Shown: one piece after another, positions 48,864 to 58,937 of the stretch
Layout of the letters: every line of letters starts with the position of its first letter
Position numbering within the stretch: position 1 is the first letter of the stretch
Assembly (NCBI GenBank): GCA_044229975.1
Contig: JBGARZ010000007.1
Location: forward strand, 32,001-96,000
Direction of reading: 5' to 3'
Length of the DNA: 64,000 bases
Source of the DNA: Polyangiales bacterium
Lineage (GTDB): Bacteria > Myxococcota_A > Polyangia > Polyangiales > Ga0077539
Made by a program: the position numbers and the translations under genes
The notes under the pieces: model-generated
Database searches by the model: none
What the model was told of the DNA's origin: nothing
Seen by the model: the letters and a program-made list of their open reading frames with translations, nothing else

Positions 48864-51194
48864 ATGACTCGTACGCGCAACCTAGCGATCGCGCTGCTCA
48901 GCGCCTCCCTCGGCGCCTGTGGCACCGATCCCGTCAACACTCCCGTCGACTCGGGCACCGACACCGGGACCACCCCCGACGTGGGCTTCCCCGACGTCGG
49001 CACCGGCCCGATGGACGTTCAGGGCTCCGACGTCCAGGGCGACGTCGTTCGCACCGACGTTCGCGACGTGCCCTCCACCGACCGCCCCGACGCGGGCCCG
49101 CTCTGTGGAACGCTCCCCATCACCCCCGTCGCTCGCCCCGCCACCGGCGACACCGCGACCGTCATGGGCGACACCACGGCCGCCTTCATGGCGCAGAACC
49201 CGGGCACCCGCCCCGCCGTCAACTCCCCGGTTCGCCCGCCGGCCGGCAACACCACCTGCGTGGCCTCGCGCGGTCAGCTCGTCTACTCGTACACCACCGG
49301 CACCGCCCCCGTGGCGCTGCGCTTCTCGACCACCAACGCCGTCACCCCGCGCAACTTCGACACGGTGCTGTGGGTCACCACGAGCTGCCGCACGACCCTC
49401 ACGGCCGCCGCCTGCAACGACGACGACCCCGAGTTCGCCGCGTCGGCCGATCGCCGCGTGTCGTCGACGGTCACCACCGAGGTGCTCCCGGCCAACACGC
49501 AGGTCTTCGTGATCATCGGCGGCTTCTACCCCCCGGGCACCGGCGGCGTGACCACCGACCGCGGGCCGTTCCAGCTCACCATCCAGGAGCTCCCGCCCGT
49601 CGCCGCGGGCGGCGCCTGCCGCGTCGATGGCCGCAGCCAGCGCTGCGACACCAGCGGCACCGCGCCGCTCGACTGCGTCGGCACCACGCCCGGCTCGGAC
49701 ACCGGCACGTGCCGCGTCCGCGGCTCGGTCGCGGGCTCGCGCTGCCGCACCAGCACCCCGGAGTGCGACGTCGGCCTCTCCTGCAACCCCGCCAACAGCA
49801 TCTGCCAGAACACCGTCGCCGCCGGCATGCCCTGCGACGGCTTCAACACCTGCGCCGCGGGTAGCACCTGCGTGAGCAGCACCGTGGGCTCCATCCGCGG
49901 CACCTGCACCCCCGCCGGCACCGCGCTCGGCGCCGCGTGCCGCCCGGTCGGCGCCACCGGCGGCCGCTGCGACACCGGCTTCGTCTGCTCGGGCGAGCTC
50001 GACGCCACCGAGGCCAACCCCACCTGCGTCCGCCAGGCGGCCGCGGGCGGCGCGTGCGCCATCAACCGCATCGCCTGCCTCGCCACCGAGACCTGCGTGC
50101 TCGTGCACGGCGGCCTCATCGGCACCTGCACCCCCAACGGCACCGCCGCCGGCACCGCGTGCCGCGCGACGGCTCCGGCCTGCGACGGCATGCTCGCCTG
50201 CCGCGCTGCGGCCGAGGGCGCCGCGCCCCGCTGCGCCACGGTCGTCGCCACCGGCGCCCTCTGCGACTCCAACCGCGACTGCGCCGACGGCGCCCGCTGC
50301 TTCCTCACCGACCTCAGCGACCGCACCATCGGCCGCTGCGGCGTCGACGGCGGCGAAGGCGGCGGCTGCAACGGCGCGGCCCCGCTGTGCACCCCCGCCA
50401 CGCTGACGTGCAGCAACACCGACACCCCGGAAAACGGGCTCTGCCAGAACGTCCGCACCGCCGGCATGCCCTGCACCCGCCCGGTCGACGCTTGCGCCGA
50501 GGGTCTCACCTGCGTGCTCAACGAGGGCAGCCTCACGGTCGGCACCTGCCGCGCCGAGGGCACCGTCGCGGGCGCCGAGTGCCGCGCCGGCGACATGCCC
50601 TGCGGGACCGGTCTCGTCTGCTCTGGCACCGCGCTCTCCTCGGGCATCTGCCAGACCCCGGCGGCCTCGGGCGGGATGTGCAACCCGCTCACGCCGACCA
50701 TCCGCTGCCCCGGCACCGAGGTCTGCGGCGCGACCGCCTACAACCGCGGCACCTGCGGCGCCGTCACCGGCATGGAGACGGAGCCCAACGACTCGCCCGC
50801 GACCGTCATGGCGACCCCCGTCACCGCCCTCACCACGCGCCGCGGCTCGCTCACCTTCGGTGACGTCGACTGCGTCGCGGTCACCGTCGCCGAGGGCGGC
50901 TCGGTCACCGCGCTCGTGAGCGACGGCAACGGCCGCTGCCCGGCCCCCGTCCCCGGCGGCATCACGCTGGACTTCTACGGCACTGACGGCACCACCTGGC
51001 GCGGCAGCTCGTCCAACTCGGCCCTCGGTCGCTGCGCCATGATCGACGGAACGCGCGCGGCGGTGTTCCCGTACGCCGGCGCCCTCCCGGCGGGCACCTA
51101 CTTCGTGTGCGCCCGCGGCTTCCGCGACGCCACCACCACGACGGGGACCATCTCCGACTACGTGCTCAGCGTCTCGACCGCCGCCGCTCCCTGA
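48864..51194 (+). CDS. Large Cys-rich repeat surface lipoprotein
   Basis: LGAC lipobox; Asp-rich linker; FDTVL...ACNDD PPC-like domain; about ten Cys-rich modules; ETEPND module. Confidence 0.8.
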   Translation: MTRTRNLAIALLSASLGACGTDPVNTPVDSGTDTGTTPDVGFPDVGTGPMDVQGSDVQGDVVRTDVRDVPSTDRPDAGPLCGTLPITPVARPATGDTATVMGDTTAAFMAQNPGTRPAVNSPVRPPAGNTTCVASRGQLVYSYTTGTAPVALRFSTTNAVTPRNFDTVLWVTTSCRTTLTAAACNDDDPEFAASADRRVSSTVTTEVLPANTQVFVIIGGFYPPGTGGVTTDRGPFQLTIQELPPVAAGGACRVDGRSQRCDTSGTAPLDCVGTTPGSDTGTCRVRGSVAGSRCRTSTPECDVGLSCNPANSICQNTVAAGMPCDGFNTCAAGSTCVSSTVGSIRGTCTPAGTALGAACRPVGATGGRCDTGFVCSGELDATEANPTCVRQAAAGGACAINRIACLATETCVLVHGGLIGTCTPNGTAAGTACRATAPACDGMLACRAAAEGAAPRCATVVATGALCDSNRDCADGARCFLTDLSDRTIGRCGVDGGEGGGCNGAAPLCTPATLTCSNTDTPENGLCQNVRTAGMPCTRPVDACAEGLTCVLNEGSLTVGTCRAEGTVAGAECRAGDMPCGTGLVCSGTALSSGICQTPAASGGMCNPLTPTIRCPGTEVCGATAYNRGTCGAVTGMETEPNDSPATVMATPVTALTTRRGSLTFGDVDCVAVTVAEGGSVTALVSDGNGRCPAPVPGGITLDFYGTDGTTWRGSSSNSALGRCAMIDGTRAAVFPYAGALPAGTYFVCARGFRDATTTTGTISDYVLSVSTAAAP

Positions 51195-51381
51195 GCGACC
51201 GTCTCTCCTCGCGACGCCCGGACCCGCTCCGGGTGTCGCCTCTCTCCCGACAACGCTTGACACTGCCCCGCTGACATCGGTATCGGCTTGGGGAGCCGTC
51301 ACGGTCCTCCCGCACGGAGCGGCGAGGGGCGTGAACGTCCCTGATCCACAACCCGCCGTAGCGACGGCCACAGGTGCAACG

Positions 51382-51597
51382 ATGTCGCAGAGCGACAAGC
51401 GCAAGCAGAGTCTCTACTTCCCCGAGTCGATGCTGGTGGAAATCCAGCAGGAGGCCATGCGGCTCGACCGCTCCCTCTCCTGGGTGATGCAGCGCGCGTG
51501 GAAGCTCTCCCGTCAGGAGATTCGCAAGCTCCCGTCGGTCAACGACGTGCCCGACATGGAAGCCGCCGACGACCCCCGCGGTCGCGACGAGGACTGA
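51382..51597 (+). CDS. TIGR04563-like (MXAN_4361/4362 family) small protein
   Basis: DKRKQSLYFPE.ML.EI..EA.RLDRSLSW..QRAWK. Confidence 0.88.
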   Translation: MSQSDKRKQSLYFPESMLVEIQQEAMRLDRSLSWVMQRAWKLSRQEIRKLPSVNDVPDMEAADDPRGRDED

Positions 51598-51630
51598 GCC
51601 CACCCCCAGCGCGCCACGATAGGACCACCG

Positions 51631-52482
51631 ATGACCTTCACGGAGGGCGTCGACGGCACGCGTCTCTTCTACGAGTCCGACGGCGTCGGGCCTGCTGTGC
51701 TGCTCGCAGACGGCATCGCCTGCGACGGGTTCATCTGGCGCTACCTCCAGCCCGCGCTCACGCCTTCCCACCGGGTTGTTCATTTCCACTACCGCGCGCA
51801 CGGTCGCTCGGGTCTGCCCGTCGACGCGTCGCGCATCGGCATCGCCGACCACGCGCGTGACCTCCACCGCGTGCTCGACGACGCGGGCGAGCGGCGCGCC
51901 GTCATCGTCGCCCACTCCATGGGGACGCAGGTGGCGCTCGAAGCGTGGCGCCAGCGCCCGGAGGCCGTCGCGGGGCTGGTGCTCGTGTGCGGGAGCTACG
52001 GGCTCGTCACGCGCACCTTCCACGGCAGCGACCTCCTCTCCGTCGCGCTCCCCAAGGCCATCGCCTTCGAAGAGCAATTCCCCGGCGTGGCCCGCGCCCT
52101 CTGGTCGCGCAGCCCCAAGGGCATCGCGCTGTGGCTCGCCCGCGTGCTCGGTGAGGTCGACGCCATGCGCCTCCGCTCGGAGGACTTCGCGCCCTACTTC
52201 GACCACTTCGTGCACATGGAGCCCGGCGTCTTCCTCCGCATGCTCGCCGCCGCGGGCTCGCACACGGCCGAAGACCTCCTGCCCGACGTGACTGCGCCCA
52301 CGCTGGTCATCGCGGGCGACCGCGACACCTTCACCCCCGTCCGCTACGCCGAACAGATGGCCCGACAGGTTCGCGGCGCCGAGCTCCTGCGCCTCGACGG
52401 CGGGTCGCACACCGCCCCGCTCGAACAACCCGAGCGCGTGCAGTCCGCGGTGCTGTCGTTCCTGTCGCGGGTGTACGCGTAG
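51631..52482 (+). CDS. Alpha/beta hydrolase
   Basis: YRAHGRS, AHSMG, PTLVIAG..D, SH. Confidence 0.9.
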   Translation: MTFTEGVDGTRLFYESDGVGPAVLLADGIACDGFIWRYLQPALTPSHRVVHFHYRAHGRSGLPVDASRIGIADHARDLHRVLDDAGERRAVIVAHSMGTQVALEAWRQRPEAVAGLVLVCGSYGLVTRTFHGSDLLSVALPKAIAFEEQFPGVARALWSRSPKGIALWLARVLGEVDAMRLRSEDFAPYFDHFVHMEPGVFLRMLAAAGSHTAEDLLPDVTAPTLVIAGDRDTFTPVRYAEQMARQVRGAELLRLDGGSHTAPLEQPERVQSAVLSFLSRVYA

Positions 52483-52489
52483 TCGCCCG

Positions 52490-53764
52490 ATGAGGGTCGA
52501 CCCGCGAACGCGCAACGTCCTCGGCGCCCTCGCGCTGCTCTACACCGCGCAGGGCATCCCCTTCGGCTTCGCCGCGGAGTACCTCCCGGTGGTGCTGCGG
52601 GAGATGGGGTTCTCGCGCACGCACATCGCGTCGCTGTTCTGGTTGCAGCTCCCGTGGCAGCTCAAGGCGCTGTGGGCCTCCGTCGGCGACCACCCCCGGG
52701 TGCGCCCGCACGCCCGCAAGGTGCTGCTCGCCATCCAGTGCGCGCTCGCCCTGGTGATGGCCGCGTACGCCCCGACGGCGGGCCTCGGCGGGATGCGCGT
52801 GTGGTTCGCGCTCACCTTCGTCGCGGCCCTGCTCGCGGCCACGCAGGACGTCTTCGTCGACGCCTTCGCGGTGCGCTCGCTCGACGCCACCGGACGCGGC
52901 TACGGCAACACCGCGCAGGTCGCCGGCTACCGCGTCGGCATCATCATCGGCGGCGGGGGATTGCTGATGTTCGGGAGCGCCGTCGGGGTGCCGCTGACGA
53001 TGCTCACGTGCGCGGGGCTCATCCTGCTGGCGGGCGTCGGCGCCTTCGCGCTGCGCGACGAAGCGACCGCGATGGTGACCGCGGGCGAGGGGGTGTACCG
53101 CGAGGCCACGGTGCGATCGGAGGCGCCGACGGGCGCGCTGAAGCCGCTCGCGGGGATGCTGCGCGCGATGGTCGGGCGCGACGTGTGGCGCGTGGCGGCC
53201 GTGGCGGTGACGTTCAAGCTGGGGGCGCACGCGGCGTCGGCGCTCATCAAGCCGACGCTGGTCGACCTCGGGTGGTCACGCGCGTCCATCGGCGCGGTGG
53301 TGGTGACCCTCGGGACGGGGGCGTCGCTCCTGGGCGCGGTGCTTGGCGGCGTGCTCCATCGGGTCGCAGGGGAGCGGCGGGCGCTGGGGATTGCGGCGGC
53401 GGTGCAGGCGCTCACGGTGCTGCCGCTGGTGGCGGCGTTTGGGCGCGGGGCGCCGCACTGGGTGACGTCGGCGGCCATCGCGGCCGAACACCTGGGCAGC
53501 GGGCTCGGGACGACGGTGCTCTTCGCGTCGCTCATGACGGCGACGCACCGCGAGCGCGCGGCGCTGCACTACACCGTGCTCACCAGCTTGAACGCCCTGG
53601 CCATCGTGGGCGGCGGCTTCGTCGGGTCGGTGGTCGCGGATGTCGTCGGGGTGAGGGCGGCCGTGGTGGTGGCGGCGGCGCTGTGCCTCGCGCCGTGGGC
53701 GCTGCTGGGGCGGTGGAGCGAGCACGCCGAGCGCAGTGCGAGGATGGATTCGCAGATCCGTTGA
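52490..53764 (+). CDS. MFS transporter, AmpG/RhtX/FptX-like
   Basis: LY.AQGIPFG, LPW.LK.LW, ATQDV.VDA, GYR.G; about 12 TM segments. Confidence 0.88.
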   Translation: MRVDPRTRNVLGALALLYTAQGIPFGFAAEYLPVVLREMGFSRTHIASLFWLQLPWQLKALWASVGDHPRVRPHARKVLLAIQCALALVMAAYAPTAGLGGMRVWFALTFVAALLAATQDVFVDAFAVRSLDATGRGYGNTAQVAGYRVGIIIGGGGLLMFGSAVGVPLTMLTCAGLILLAGVGAFALRDEATAMVTAGEGVYREATVRSEAPTGALKPLAGMLRAMVGRDVWRVAAVAVTFKLGAHAASALIKPTLVDLGWSRASIGAVVVTLGTGASLLGAVLGGVLHRVAGERRALGIAAAVQALTVLPLVAAFGRGAPHWVTSAAIAAEHLGSGLGTTVLFASLMTATHRERAALHYTVLTSLNALAIVGGGFVGSVVADVVGVRAAVVVAAALCLAPWALLGRWSEHAERSARMDSQIR

Positions 53765-53790
53765 CGCCGCGCGGCGGATACCTCTAGGCT
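53761..53790 (+). promoter_or_regulatory. Possible sigma70 promoter of the FHA pair
   Basis: TTGACG-N18-TAGGCT. Confidence 0.45.
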
Positions 53791-53845
53791 GCCGTCGTGC
53801 GGCGGGAGAGGTCCTGAGACGCGCTCGTGAAGGCCGACCATCTCG

Positions 53846-54988
53846 ATGGATCTCGATGTCGGTTATGTCTGCGCCCAGTGTGATTGCTACGCGCCCATCG
53901 GCGCGACGCAATGCTCGCGCTGCATGGCCGCCCTCGGCTTCGACGTGGCGCCCATCGACGCACCCGCAGGGGGCCTCGGATGGGAGCACGGAGACGAGCA
54001 CCTCGAAGACCTCTCGGGGGACGAAGGGCTCGAAGAGATCGACCCGCTGCCGCCCATCGACCTCGCGCCCGAGCCGACGTTCCTGTCGCCCGGAGAGGTC
54101 GCCCCATCGTCACGCACAGAGCCCGCGGTCCCGCCCGTGGGCCCGCATCGCATCCCGACCCGGTTCGTTCCCACGGAGGCGCTGATGGATCAGGCCCGAA
54201 GCTACGTCTGCAAGAAGTGTTATTCCCCGGTCCCCCAGGGCCACAAGTTCTGCGGGCGCTGCGGTGAGCCCGTGCCGCGCGAGGTGCTCGGCGCGCAGAC
54301 CCTGATGTTCAGCAAGATGCTCGAGCCCGGCAAGGCCAAGCTCGTGCTCATCAAGGGCGAAGGCTTCCAGAGCGACCCGTCCGACGAGACGGCGTACCTG
54401 CTCGGCGGGCAGAGGCACCCGTGCGGGCGCACGCAGGGGGACATCCTCTTCGAGCACGACCCGTGGGTCTCGCCGCTGCACGCGACCTTCTTCTACCGTG
54501 ACGACGGCAAGCTGATGATCCGCGACGAGGGCTCCCTCAACGGGGTCTACGTGCGGGTGCGCGCGCCGATGCCCATCCAGCCGGGGGACAACTTCCTCGC
54601 GGGCGAGCAGGTGTTTCGCCTCGAAACCACGCCGCGGCCGAGCGACGGCAACGACGCCGAGGGGACGCAGTTCTACTCGTCGCCGAAGCGGGTCTCGCCG
54701 TTCCGCGTGGTGCAGATCCTCCGCAACGGAATCCTCGCGACGCAGGTGTGCGCCCGCGACACGGGGCTCACCGTCGGCCGCGAGGGCTGCGACATGAACT
54801 TCCCCAACGACCCGTACATGTCCACGCGCCACGGCCGCGTCGAGCTCACGCCGCAGGGCGGGTTCATGCTCGTCGACACGGGCAGCAAGAACGGCACGTA
54901 CCTCTCGATCCGCGGCGAGCGCGAGCTCAGCCACGGGGACTACCTCTTCGTCGGCCGCGAGCTGCTCCGCGTGGACATCTCGGGCTAA
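53846..54988 (+). CDS. Zinc-ribbon plus tandem FHA domain protein
   Basis: Two CxxC...CxxC ribbons; FHA motifs GR/SPLH/SLNG and GR/STRH/SKNG. Confidence 0.92.
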   Translation: MDLDVGYVCAQCDCYAPIGATQCSRCMAALGFDVAPIDAPAGGLGWEHGDEHLEDLSGDEGLEEIDPLPPIDLAPEPTFLSPGEVAPSSRTEPAVPPVGPHRIPTRFVPTEALMDQARSYVCKKCYSPVPQGHKFCGRCGEPVPREVLGAQTLMFSKMLEPGKAKLVLIKGEGFQSDPSDETAYLLGGQRHPCGRTQGDILFEHDPWVSPLHATFFYRDDGKLMIRDEGSLNGVYVRVRAPMPIQPGDNFLAGEQVFRLETTPRPSDGNDAEGTQFYSSPKRVSPFRVVQILRNGILATQVCARDTGLTVGREGCDMNFPNDPYMSTRHGRVELTPQGGFMLVDTGSKNGTYLSIRGERELSHGDYLFVGRELLRVDISG

Positions 54989-55024
54989 AGCCGGTTCTCA
55001 GTCTCGAATGGATGGAGGCGCGTC

Positions 55025-56293
55025 GTGATCGTTTGTCCCAAGTGCGGCAAGGAGAACCAGGACCACTACAAGTTCTGTCTCGGGTGCGGCAATGAGCTGC
55101 CCCGCGACAGCGGCGGCGGGCGTCCGTTCCGCTCGCCCACGCCGACGGCCAACCCGGTCCCCGAGACGGGTCGCGGCTCGGCCGTCCCCGGTGGCATTCC
55201 CCCGGCCGCACAGCCCGTGCAGCCGGTGCAGGCGGGGCCCTTCGCGGCGCCCGTCCAGGCCGGTCCCTTCGGCCCGCCGCAGCAGCAGGGTGGTCCGTTC
55301 ATGCAGCCACCGCCGCAACAGCAGCAGCCCATGATGCAGCCGCCGCCGCAACAGCAGCCGGTGATGATGCAGCCGCCGCCGCAACAGCAGCCGGTGATGA
55401 TGCAGCCGCCGCAGGCTGGTCCGGTCAGTCGTCCTCCGGCGGCGATGCCGGGTGTCTGCCCGCAGTGCGACTCGCCCAACCCCCGCAACAACCGCTTCTG
55501 CATCACCTGCGGCTTCGACATGAGCACCATTGCCCCGCAGGGCTTCGCGCAGCCGCAGGGCTTCGCACCTCCGGTGTCGGCGCCCGACCCGATGCTCGAC
55601 GCGCCGACGCCGCCGCTCGCGGTCGCGCAGCAGGTGGTCTCGGCGCCCCGCCCCGCGGTCGAGCGCGCGCGGCTGGTGCTCATCCGCCCCGACGGCACCG
55701 AAGGCGGCCACCACTCGCTCATGGAGGGCGACAGCTCGGTCGGTCGCGACACGGGTGGCGTGTTTCTCAACGACCCGTTCTTGTCGCCGCGGCACGCGTC
55801 GTTCTCGGTCGGCGTGGGCACGCTCACGGTGCGCGACGAGGGCTCGCTCAACGGCATCTACATCCGTATCGAGCGGCAGCAGCCGGTCGAGCTGCACGAT
55901 GGTGACGTCTTCCGCATCGGGCAGGAGATCCTCCGCTTCGAGGCGTTCCAGCCGGCGCCGCGGCAGGCCGACGGCACCGAGCGCATCGGCGCCGAGGCCG
56001 AAGGGCTCGTCGGCAAGATCGTGCTCGTGACGGGTCGCGAGAGCTTCGCGAGCGCCTTCCCGGTGCCCGTCACCGGGCTCTACCTCGGGCGTGAGCGCGG
56101 CGACATCCTCTTCCCCGAGGATGGCTACGTGTCGGGCCTGCACTGCCAGCTCGCGGTCAACAACGGCCGGCTCACCGTCACCGACGTGGGCAGCTCCAAC
56201 GGCTCGTACGTCCGGCTCAACGGTCCGCGCGCCGTTCGCAACGGCGACTTCCTCCTGCTGGGCCAGCAGCTCTTCCGCGTCCAGACACTCTGA
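55025..56293 (+). CDS. Zinc-ribbon plus tandem FHA domain protein with Q/P-rich linker
   Basis: CPKC..FCLGCG and CPQC..FCITCG; FHA motifs GR/SPRH/SLNG and GR/SGLH/SSNG. Confidence 0.92.
   Translation: MIVCPKCGKENQDHYKFCLGCGNELPRDSGGGRPFRSPTPTANPVPETGRGSAVPGGIPPAAQPVQPVQAGPFAAPVQAGPFGPPQQQGGPFMQPPPQQQQPMMQPPPQQQPVMMQPPPQQQPVMMQPPQAGPVSRPPAAMPGVCPQCDSPNPRNNRFCITCGFDMSTIAPQGFAQPQGFAPPVSAPDPMLDAPTPPLAVAQQVVSAPRPAVERARLVLIRPDGTEGGHHSLMEGDSSVGRDTGGVFLNDPFLSPRHASFSVGVGTLTVRDEGSLNGIYIRIERQQPVELHDGDVFRIGQEILRFEAFQPAPRQADGTERIGAEAEGLVGKIVLVTGRESFASAFPVPVTGLYLGRERGDILFPEDGYVSGLHCQLAVNNGRLTVTDVGSSNGSYVRLNGPRAVRNGDFLLLGQQLFRVQTL
55301..55414 (+). repeat. 33-bp coding tandem repeat (MQPPPQQQPVM), about 3.4 copies
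   Basis: atgcagccgccgccgcaacagcagccggtgatg-type units at 55301, 55334, 55367 and partial at 55400. Confidence 0.93.
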
Positions 56294-56356
56294 GTCAGCG
56301 CGGCGTCCACGCCCCATCGCGGGCGGTGGGGTACCTCGCGTAGCATCGCCGCCGTC

Positions 56357-57745
56357 ATGCGCGCACGGCTCTTCTCCACCTTCCTTTTCGGGTTCATCGC
56401 GTGGTCCACCGAGGCGGCGGCCCAGACCGGCTGCGGCGGCGATTTCACCGGCTGCACGTCGGCGCCCATCCACTATCGGCACCGCGAGGCGCTGCCGGTG
56501 AAGTTCAACTTCGACACCAACTGGGTGCCGGGGAGCTCGCCGGTGCAGGTGCGCATCCAGGCCGTGCTCGCGGGCAACACGCAGGTCGACCTCGACGGCG
56601 CGCTCGTCGGGTCGTGGCCCCGTCCCATGAGCCTCACCGTCGCGCCCACCATGGGCGGCGGGTCCATCTCCGTCGACTACGGCGTGCAGCTCAACGCGCG
56701 CGTGCGTCTCGCGCTCGACACGGGCATCACCACCGTTCGTTGGGAGGGCGCGATCCCGTACATCCCGATGATCGACTTTCGCGCGATGGCCTCCAGCACC
56801 TTCGAGCCGTGGGCGTGGAGCCGCGTCTCGGCGCGCGGCATGACCATGCGCCAGCGCATCGCGGACGTGTCGCTCACCGACTCCATCATCCGCATTCCGG
56901 GCATCTCCGGCGGCTTCACCCTCGACGCGGCCGCCGAGGTCGAGGCTGGCTATCGCTCGACGCGCTTCACCTTCGGGACGGCCGCCGACCCCATCACCGA
57001 GATGTCCCTCCGCACGCAGGCTGCCTTCACCGCAGGAACCTTCGTGGAGTACCAGCCGGTGCTCGAAGGCTCGCTCGATTACACGGTCGGGTTTCGATTG
57101 TTTCCGGCGCTCTACGTACGCCTCGTGGGTCGGACGTGGTCCATCGGTCTGCCGGAGATCCCCATCAACCTCGGGCCCTTCGCGCATGACATCGACTTCG
57201 ACCCGGCCGTCGCGCGGCTCGGCCTGCCCGACATCGAGGCCGCCCAGATGGAGCTCGATTTCGGTGAGGTCACCATCGGCCGCACGGAGGAGCGCTTCGT
57301 CTCGCTGCGCAACATGGGCGAAGGGGAAGGGCGACTGCTCTCGGTGTCGGGCGACGGGCCCTTCGGGTCGGCGACGGGGACGCGCTCGCTCCCGCCGAGC
57401 TCGCGCTCCGAGCTCGCGGTGACCTTCATGCCGGTGACGCCGGGCTCGGCCTCTGGAACGGTGGTGCTCAACACCAACGACCCCGACAACCCCCGGCTGC
57501 GGGTGGCGGTGCGGGGCATCGGCGTGGCGCCCATCGGTGGCTTCACCGACGCGGGCGTGACGGCCGACGCGGGGGAGCTCTCGACCGACGACGGGGGCGT
57601 GCCGATCGACCCGACGGGCATGGATGACGGGGGCTGCGGGTGTGCGGTTCCGGGGCGGACGGGCAACGTCCCGGGGGGAATGGGCGCCCTGCTCGTGATT
57701 GGTGTATGGGGGGCCGCGCGGCGCCGACGACGAGCGGCTGAGTAG
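56357..57745 (+). CDS. Secreted protein with Ig-like (choice-of-anchor D/ASH) domain and MYXO-CTERM-like tail
   Basis: Signal peptide; LDFGEV..G...LRN.G...TNDPD.P; GGCGCAV...hydrophobic...RRRR. Confidence 0.85.
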   Translation: MRARLFSTFLFGFIAWSTEAAAQTGCGGDFTGCTSAPIHYRHREALPVKFNFDTNWVPGSSPVQVRIQAVLAGNTQVDLDGALVGSWPRPMSLTVAPTMGGGSISVDYGVQLNARVRLALDTGITTVRWEGAIPYIPMIDFRAMASSTFEPWAWSRVSARGMTMRQRIADVSLTDSIIRIPGISGGFTLDAAAEVEAGYRSTRFTFGTAADPITEMSLRTQAAFTAGTFVEYQPVLEGSLDYTVGFRLFPALYVRLVGRTWSIGLPEIPINLGPFAHDIDFDPAVARLGLPDIEAAQMELDFGEVTIGRTEERFVSLRNMGEGEGRLLSVSGDGPFGSATGTRSLPPSSRSELAVTFMPVTPGSASGTVVLNTNDPDNPRLRVAVRGIGVAPIGGFTDAGVTADAGELSTDDGGVPIDPTGMDDGGCGCAVPGRTGNVPGGMGALLVIGVWGAARRRRRAAE

Positions 57746-57770
57746 CACCCGCAGGACGGAGACTGATGCC

Positions 57771-58838
57771 ATGAAGCAGGAGGTTCGCATCGAGCGCACG
57801 AGCGCCCCGAAGGTCCGGCCCGCCGAGAGCGATCTCGGGTTTGGTCGGCACTTCACCGACCACATGCTGCTCATCGACTACCAGGAAGGGAGAGGGTGGT
57901 ACGACGCGCGGGTGGTTCCGTACGGGCCGCTGTCCCTCGATCCGGCGGCGGCGGTGCTGCACTACGGGCAGGCGATGTTCGAGGGGGCCAAGGCCATCCG
58001 CGGCGACGACGGCGTGGTGCGGCTCTATCGATTGGAGCGCCACTGCCAGCGCCTCGCGTCGGGTGCGCCGCGGCTGTGCATGCCCGCGCCGGAGCCCGCG
58101 GTGCTCGCGCACGCCATCACCGAGCTGGTGAAGGTGGAGGAGTCGTGGGTTCCGCGCGCGCGCAACACGGCGCTCTACATCCGGCCGACGCTGGTGGCGA
58201 CGGAGCCCTTCCTGGGCGTTCGTCCGGCGCACCAGTACCTGCTGTACGTGATCCTCTCGCCGGTGGGTTCGTACTACGGCGGCGACACGCTGAAGCCGGT
58301 GCGCATCTGGGTGGAGACGCAGCAGACGCGCGCCGCGAAGGGCGGCCTCGGGTCGGTGAAGGCCGGCGCCAACTACGCGTCGAGCTTGCAGGCGGCGATG
58401 CGCGCGAAGAAGGACGGCTACGACCAGGTGTTGTGGCTCGACGGCGCGCGGCACGAGTACCTGGAAGAGGTCGGGACGATGAACCTCTTCCTGCTCCTCG
58501 GCGAAGAGCTGGTGACCCCGGCGCTGGGCGACACGGTGCTCTCGGGCGTCACGCGCGACAGCATCATCACGCTGGCGCGGGCGCGCGGCATCAAGGTGAC
58601 CGAGCGGCCGGTGAGCCTCGCGGAGATCATCGAGGCGCAGCGCACGGGGCTGTTGAAGGAGGTCTTCGGCAGCGGGACCGCGGCGGTGGTGAGCCCGGTG
58701 TCGGAGCTGGTGACGGCCGAGCAGCGGATGATCGTCGGCGACGGCATCGGGCCGGTGGGGCAGTCGTTCTACGACGAGCTCACGGCGATCCAGCGCGGGG
58801 TGAAGCCCGACGCGCATGGGTGGCTCACGACGGTGTGA
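57771..58838 (+). CDS. ilvE: Branched-chain amino acid aminotransferase
   Basis: FTDHM, LHYGQ.MFEG.KA, LYIRP, K.G.NY, EEVGTMN, GVTRDS, FGSGTAA. Confidence 0.96.
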   Translation: MKQEVRIERTSAPKVRPAESDLGFGRHFTDHMLLIDYQEGRGWYDARVVPYGPLSLDPAAAVLHYGQAMFEGAKAIRGDDGVVRLYRLERHCQRLASGAPRLCMPAPEPAVLAHAITELVKVEESWVPRARNTALYIRPTLVATEPFLGVRPAHQYLLYVILSPVGSYYGGDTLKPVRIWVETQQTRAAKGGLGSVKAGANYASSLQAAMRAKKDGYDQVLWLDGARHEYLEEVGTMNLFLLLGEELVTPALGDTVLSGVTRDSIITLARARGIKVTERPVSLAEIIEAQRTGLLKEVFGSGTAAVVSPVSELVTAEQRMIVGDGIGPVGQSFYDELTAIQRGVKPDAHGWLTTV

Positions 58839-58865
58839 GCGGAGCCCAATCTCTTCTGACATCGG

Positions 58866-58898
58866 CGACTTCCGTGGCCTTCAGGCCGCGGAAGTCGG
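58866..58898. terminator. GC-rich hairpin after ilvE (terminator or operator)
   Basis: cgacttccgtggcct-tc-aggccgcggaagtcg; no U-tract. Confidence 0.4.
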
Positions 58899-58909
58899 TG
58901 CGGAGGTGA

Positions 58910-58924
58910 TGGCACTGCCCTTGC
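58910..58924 (+). promoter_or_regulatory. Sigma54 promoter (-24/-12)
   Basis: TGGCAC-TGCCC-TTGC, 13 nt before ATG 58938. Confidence 0.7.
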
Positions 58925-58937
58925 GACGTGTCGTCGC

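Noticed and set aside
55301..55414. 33-bp repeats as a CRISPR array
   Set aside because: Head-to-tail with no spacers, in-frame coding, and no cas genes
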